Part shown: positions 1 through 5,679 of the stretch, in pieces
How the letters are laid out: each line of letters opens with the position of its first letter
Numbering within the stretch: the stretch's first letter is position 1
DNA from: a virus
Taxonomy: Duplodnaviria; Heunggongvirae; Uroviricota; Caudoviricetes
Direction: 5' to 3' (one strand)
Virus record (IMG/VR): IMGVR_UViG_2547132278_000010
Length of the DNA: 5,679 nucleotides
The notes under the pieces: generated by a model
Seen by the model: only the letters and a program-made list of their open reading frames with translations
Told to the model about the DNA's origin: nothing
The model's database searches: none
Program-made: the position numbers and the translations under genes

Positions 1-1
1 A

Positions 2-3510
<3,509 letters not shown>

Positions 3511-3561
3511 TGGTGGAAAAAAAATTTTATATCGGTAAAAATAGGTAAGTATTTACTTAAT

Positions 3562-3582
3562 GGCGGGCAAGGATAGCCCGCC
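3562..3582 (+). promoter_or_regulatory. Perfect 7-bp stem-loop (GGCGGGC-aaggata-GCCCGCC) in the J-to-fibre intergenic spacer; possible RNA structure or processing/stability element, not a canonical intrinsic terminator
   Basis: Inverted repeat read directly: 3562-3568 GGCGGGC and 3576-3582 GCCCGCC with a 7-nt loop. There is no U-tract after it on either strand. It sits 6 nt upstream of the Shine-Dalgarno of the next gene. Confidence 0.3.
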
Positions 3583-3587
3583 AAATC

Positions 3588-3593
3588 AAGGAG
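3588..3593 (+). promoter_or_regulatory. Shine-Dalgarno sequence (AAGGAG) for the downstream fibre gene
   Basis: AAGGAG lies 10 nt upstream of the ATG at 3604. Confidence 0.6.
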
Positions 3594-3603
3594 CATATTC
3601 AAC

Positions 3604-5679
3604 ATGTGGTACAGGGAAGGTACTATCACATTTACACAGGGCAGCAATACTCTGGTTGGGGCAGGGACAGCCTGGAACGTAACAGCTAATGGTGTGTTGC
3701 CGGGGATGATCGTCATTGGCCCCGACAATAAGCTGTATGAGATCAAGCGCGTAACCAGTGATACGAACATTGTTCTCTCAGAACCTTATACCGGCGAAAC
3801 TCAGTCTGAAGTTCCGTGCCGAATCATTACGACCTATGAAGGCGACTTAACACAGTTTAGCGCGCGCTTTACTGCGCTAATGTCGCGTATGTCGGCTGAT
3901 TCCAAGTCCATACGCAGTTGGTTGACTGCGCTGGATGAGGTGACAATCGAGCGTGAAGACGGTACAGAAGTGACCGTTAAGCCGCTAATGCAGATCGTCA
4001 ACGAGCACAACGAAAACGTTGAGTGGTATAAAAATAACACTGACGCGATTGATGCTGCTGGCGACAAAGCTCGTGAGGCGGCGGCCAGTGCTGCCGCAGC
4101 AGCAAAAAGCGCCAATGCCGCTGGAGAAAAAGCCTCTCAAGCGTCTCAAAGTGCATCCGCTGCGGCATCCTCACAAAGTGCCGCAAGTGCGAGTGCAACT
4201 GCTGCGAAAAAATCTGAAACGAATGCTGCAGCGTCACAAAAATCTGCAGCCACTTCTGCATCCACCGCGACCACGAAGGCGTCAGAAGCTGCCACCTCAG
4301 CCCGGGATGCGGCGGCCTCAAAAGAGGCAGCGAAATCATCAGAAACGAGCGCAGCCTCGAGCGCCAGTAATGCCGCTTCCTCGGCAACGGCGGCAGGAAA
4401 TTCCGCGAAGGCGGCAAAAACGTCCGAGACGAACGCCAGGTCTTCTGAAACGGCAGCGGGACAGAGCGCCTCGGCTGCGGCAGGCTCAAAAACAGCGGCT
4501 GCGTCGTCTGCCAGTGCCGCGTCAACAAGTGCCGGGCAGGCCTCAGCCAGTGCCACCGCCGCCGGAAAATCGGCAGAAAGTGCCGCATCGTCTGCTTCAA
4601 CTGCCACAACGAAGGCTGGCCAAGCCACTGAACAGGCCAGCGCAGCAGCGAGGTCTGCTTCCGCAGCGAAGACATCCGAAACGAACGCGAAAGCGTCGGA
4701 AACCCGTGCAGAATCCTCAAAAACGGCAGCCGCATCGTCCGCCAGTTCGGCGGCGTCATCGGCATCATCGGCGTCTGCTTCAAAAGATGAGGCGACCAGA
4801 CAGGCGTCAGCAGCGAAGGGCAGCGCCACGACGGCATCCACGAAAGCAACAGAGGCGGCAGGCAGTGCGACGGCAGCATCTCAGAGCAAAACTGCTGCTG
4901 AATCCGCTGCGACCCGTGCGGAAGCTGCTGCTGATCGTGCTGAAGAGATTGCCGGTGCAGTTGCGATGGAAGACGCAAGCCTTACAACTAAAGGTGTTGT
5001 GAAACTTAGCAGTGCTGTCGACAGCACCAGTGAATCGCTGGCCGCAACGCCAAAAGCAGTTAAAGCAGCCAATGACAATGCGAATAGCAGGGTGCCATCT
5101 AACCGAAAAGTTAACGGTAAAGCACTGACTGCGGATATCAAATTAACGCCGAAAGATATTGGTACTTTAAATTCAATAACGATGTCTTTCTCTGGCGGGG
5201 CCGGGTGGTTCAAACTGGCTACTGTTACAATGCCACAAGCGAGTTCCATCGTTTACATCGCATTGATTGGTGGCGCTGGTTACAACGTCGGCTCCCCACA
5301 TCAGGCAGGCATTTCAGAACTGGTTCTACGAGCAGGCAATGGAAACCCCAAAGGGATTACAGGTGCTTTGTGGAAGCGTACAGCTGTCGGATTAACGAAT
5401 TTCGCCTGGATCAACACATCCGGCGATACATATGATATTTACGTTGAGATTGGCAATTATGCGACTCGTGTAAATATCCATTGGGATTGTACTGCAAATG
5501 CGACAGTTTCTATTTATACCTCGCCAACATATTCAGCGAGTAAGCCTTCCAGCGTTACCGATGGTGTTGTTTATACGATGTATAGCACACATCAGAAACC
5601 GACGCCGTTAGATATTGGAGCACTGCCAACAACCGGAGGAACAGTTTCAGGTCCGTTGTCTGTTACAGGTGGATTAACT
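3604..5679 (+). CDS. stf: Phage side tail fibre protein (Stf-like), 3'-partial (runs off the window end); mosaic: distinct N-terminal domain, lambda-Stf-like Ala/Ser/Thr-rich segment, conserved 'LAATPKAVK' fibre motif, then a globular beta-rich domain
   Basis: I translated frame 1 by hand from the ATG at 3604 (MWYREGTITFTQGSNTLVGAGTAW...) to nt 5679 (692 codons) with no stop. This ORF is absent from the supplied track, presumably because it has no stop inside the window. The segment AAKKSETNAAASQKSAATSASTATTKASEAATSARDAAASKEAAKSSETSAASSA... closely matches my recollection of lambda Stf (AAKTSETNAAASQQSAATSASTAATKASEAATSARDAVASKEAAKSSETNASSSA). KGVVKLSSAVDSTSESLAATPKAVKAAND matches lambda Stf / Rac StfR KGIVQLSSATNSTSETLAATPKAVK. 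It lies directly downstream of J, as in lambdoid phages. Confidence 0.85.
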   Translation, partial: MWYREGTITFTQGSNTLVGAGTAWNVTANGVLPGMIVIGPDNKLYEIKRVTSDTNIVLSEPYTGETQSEVPCRIITTYEGDLTQFSARFTALMSRMSADSKSIRSWLTALDEVTIEREDGTEVTVKPLMQIVNEHNENVEWYKNNTDAIDAAGDKAREAAASAAAAAKSANAAGEKASQASQSASAAASSQSAASASATAAKKSETNAAASQKSAATSASTATTKASEAATSARDAAASKEAAKSSETSAASSASNAASSATAAGNSAKAAKTSETNARSSETAAGQSASAAAGSKTAAASSASAASTSAGQASASATAAGKSAESAASSASTATTKAGQATEQASAAARSASAAKTSETNAKASETRAESSKTAAASSASSAASSASSASASKDEATRQASAAKGSATTASTKATEAAGSATAASQSKTAAESAATRAEAAADRAEEIAGAVAMEDASLTTKGVVKLSSAVDSTSESLAATPKAVKAANDNANSRVPSNRKVNGKALTADIKLTPKDIGTLNSITMSFSGGAGWFKLATVTMPQASSIVYIALIGGAGYNVGSPHQAGISELVLRAGNGNPKGITGALWKRTAVGLTNFAWINTSGDTYDIYVEIGNYATRVNIHWDCTANATVSIYTSPTYSASKPSSVTDGVVYTMYSTHQKPTPLDIGALPTTGGTVSGPLSVTGGLT
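4063..4975 (+). repeat. Low-complexity Ala/Ser/Thr-rich coding region of the fibre gene with imperfect internal repeats (AAK-[KT]-SETNA recurring at ~4201, ~4420 and ~4669)
   Basis: Direct reading shows GCN/TCN/ACN codon-dominated sequence with repeated KxSETNA motifs at ~220-240 bp spacing. This composition produces long stop-free alternative frames on both strands. Confidence 0.7.

Noticed and set aside
3562-3582. GC-rich hairpin as a rho-independent terminator between J and the fibre gene
   Set aside because: No run of T/U follows the stem on either strand, and the fibre gene's RBS begins 6 nt downstream; a terminator here would be inconsistent with the co-transcribed late-operon organisation.
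3998-5002. Three long ORFs overlapping the fibre gene (3998..4978 -, 4146..4841 -, 4019..5002 +)
   Set aside because: They are frame-shifted or antisense readings of the Ala/Ser/Thr-rich shaft; their compositions (Arg/Pro/Gln-rich, Ala/Asp-rich) are the predictable by-product of GCN/TCN repeats. The real frame is supported by lambda Stf-like homology.
3604-5679. Diversity-generating retroelement (DGR) target in the fibre gene
   Set aside because: Tail fibres are classic DGR targets, but the window contains no reverse transcriptase, no template-repeat/variable-repeat pair and no adenine-specific mismatch pattern between the internal repeats; the fibre C-terminus (the usual variable region) is outside the window.

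Overview
This window is the tail-tip and tail-fibre module of a lambdoid (siphovirus-type) prophage from an enterobacterial host, interrupted at its left edge by the right end of an IS21-family insertion sequence. All calls rest on reading the sequence and on remembered protein families; no database search was run. Left to right on the + strand: (1) the last ~77 codons of an IS21-family istB gene (2..232), which I recall as IS100-like, followed by the IS terminal-repeat region (to ~278-298); (2) a 1079-codon ORF (271..3510) homologous to roughly the C-terminal half of phage lambda J (tip attachment / host-specificity protein), so the J gene appears cut by the IS and its 5' half is missing; this J remnant carries a ~1.7 kb alpha-helical insertion including ten tandem 33-codon repeats, and stops shortly after the conserved lambda-J-like distal block, with no lambda-type C-terminal receptor-binding domain; (3) a 93-bp spacer with a perfect 7-bp stem-loop and a good Shine-Dalgarno; (4) a side-tail-fibre-like gene (3604..>5679, open to the window end) with a non-lambda N-terminal domain, a ~0.9 kb Ala/Ser/Thr-rich segment closely resembling lambda Stf / Rac StfR, the conserved 'LAATPKAVK' fibre motif and a downstream globular domain. 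I see no CRISPR array, RNA gene, reverse transcriptase, toxin-antitoxin pair or recognisable defence gene. The reverse-strand and off-frame ORFs in the track are by-products of the repetitive, stop-poor composition of the two large genes. The most interesting content is structural and evolutionary (IS-split J, hendecad-like repeat array, mosaic fibre) rather than a new 'system'.
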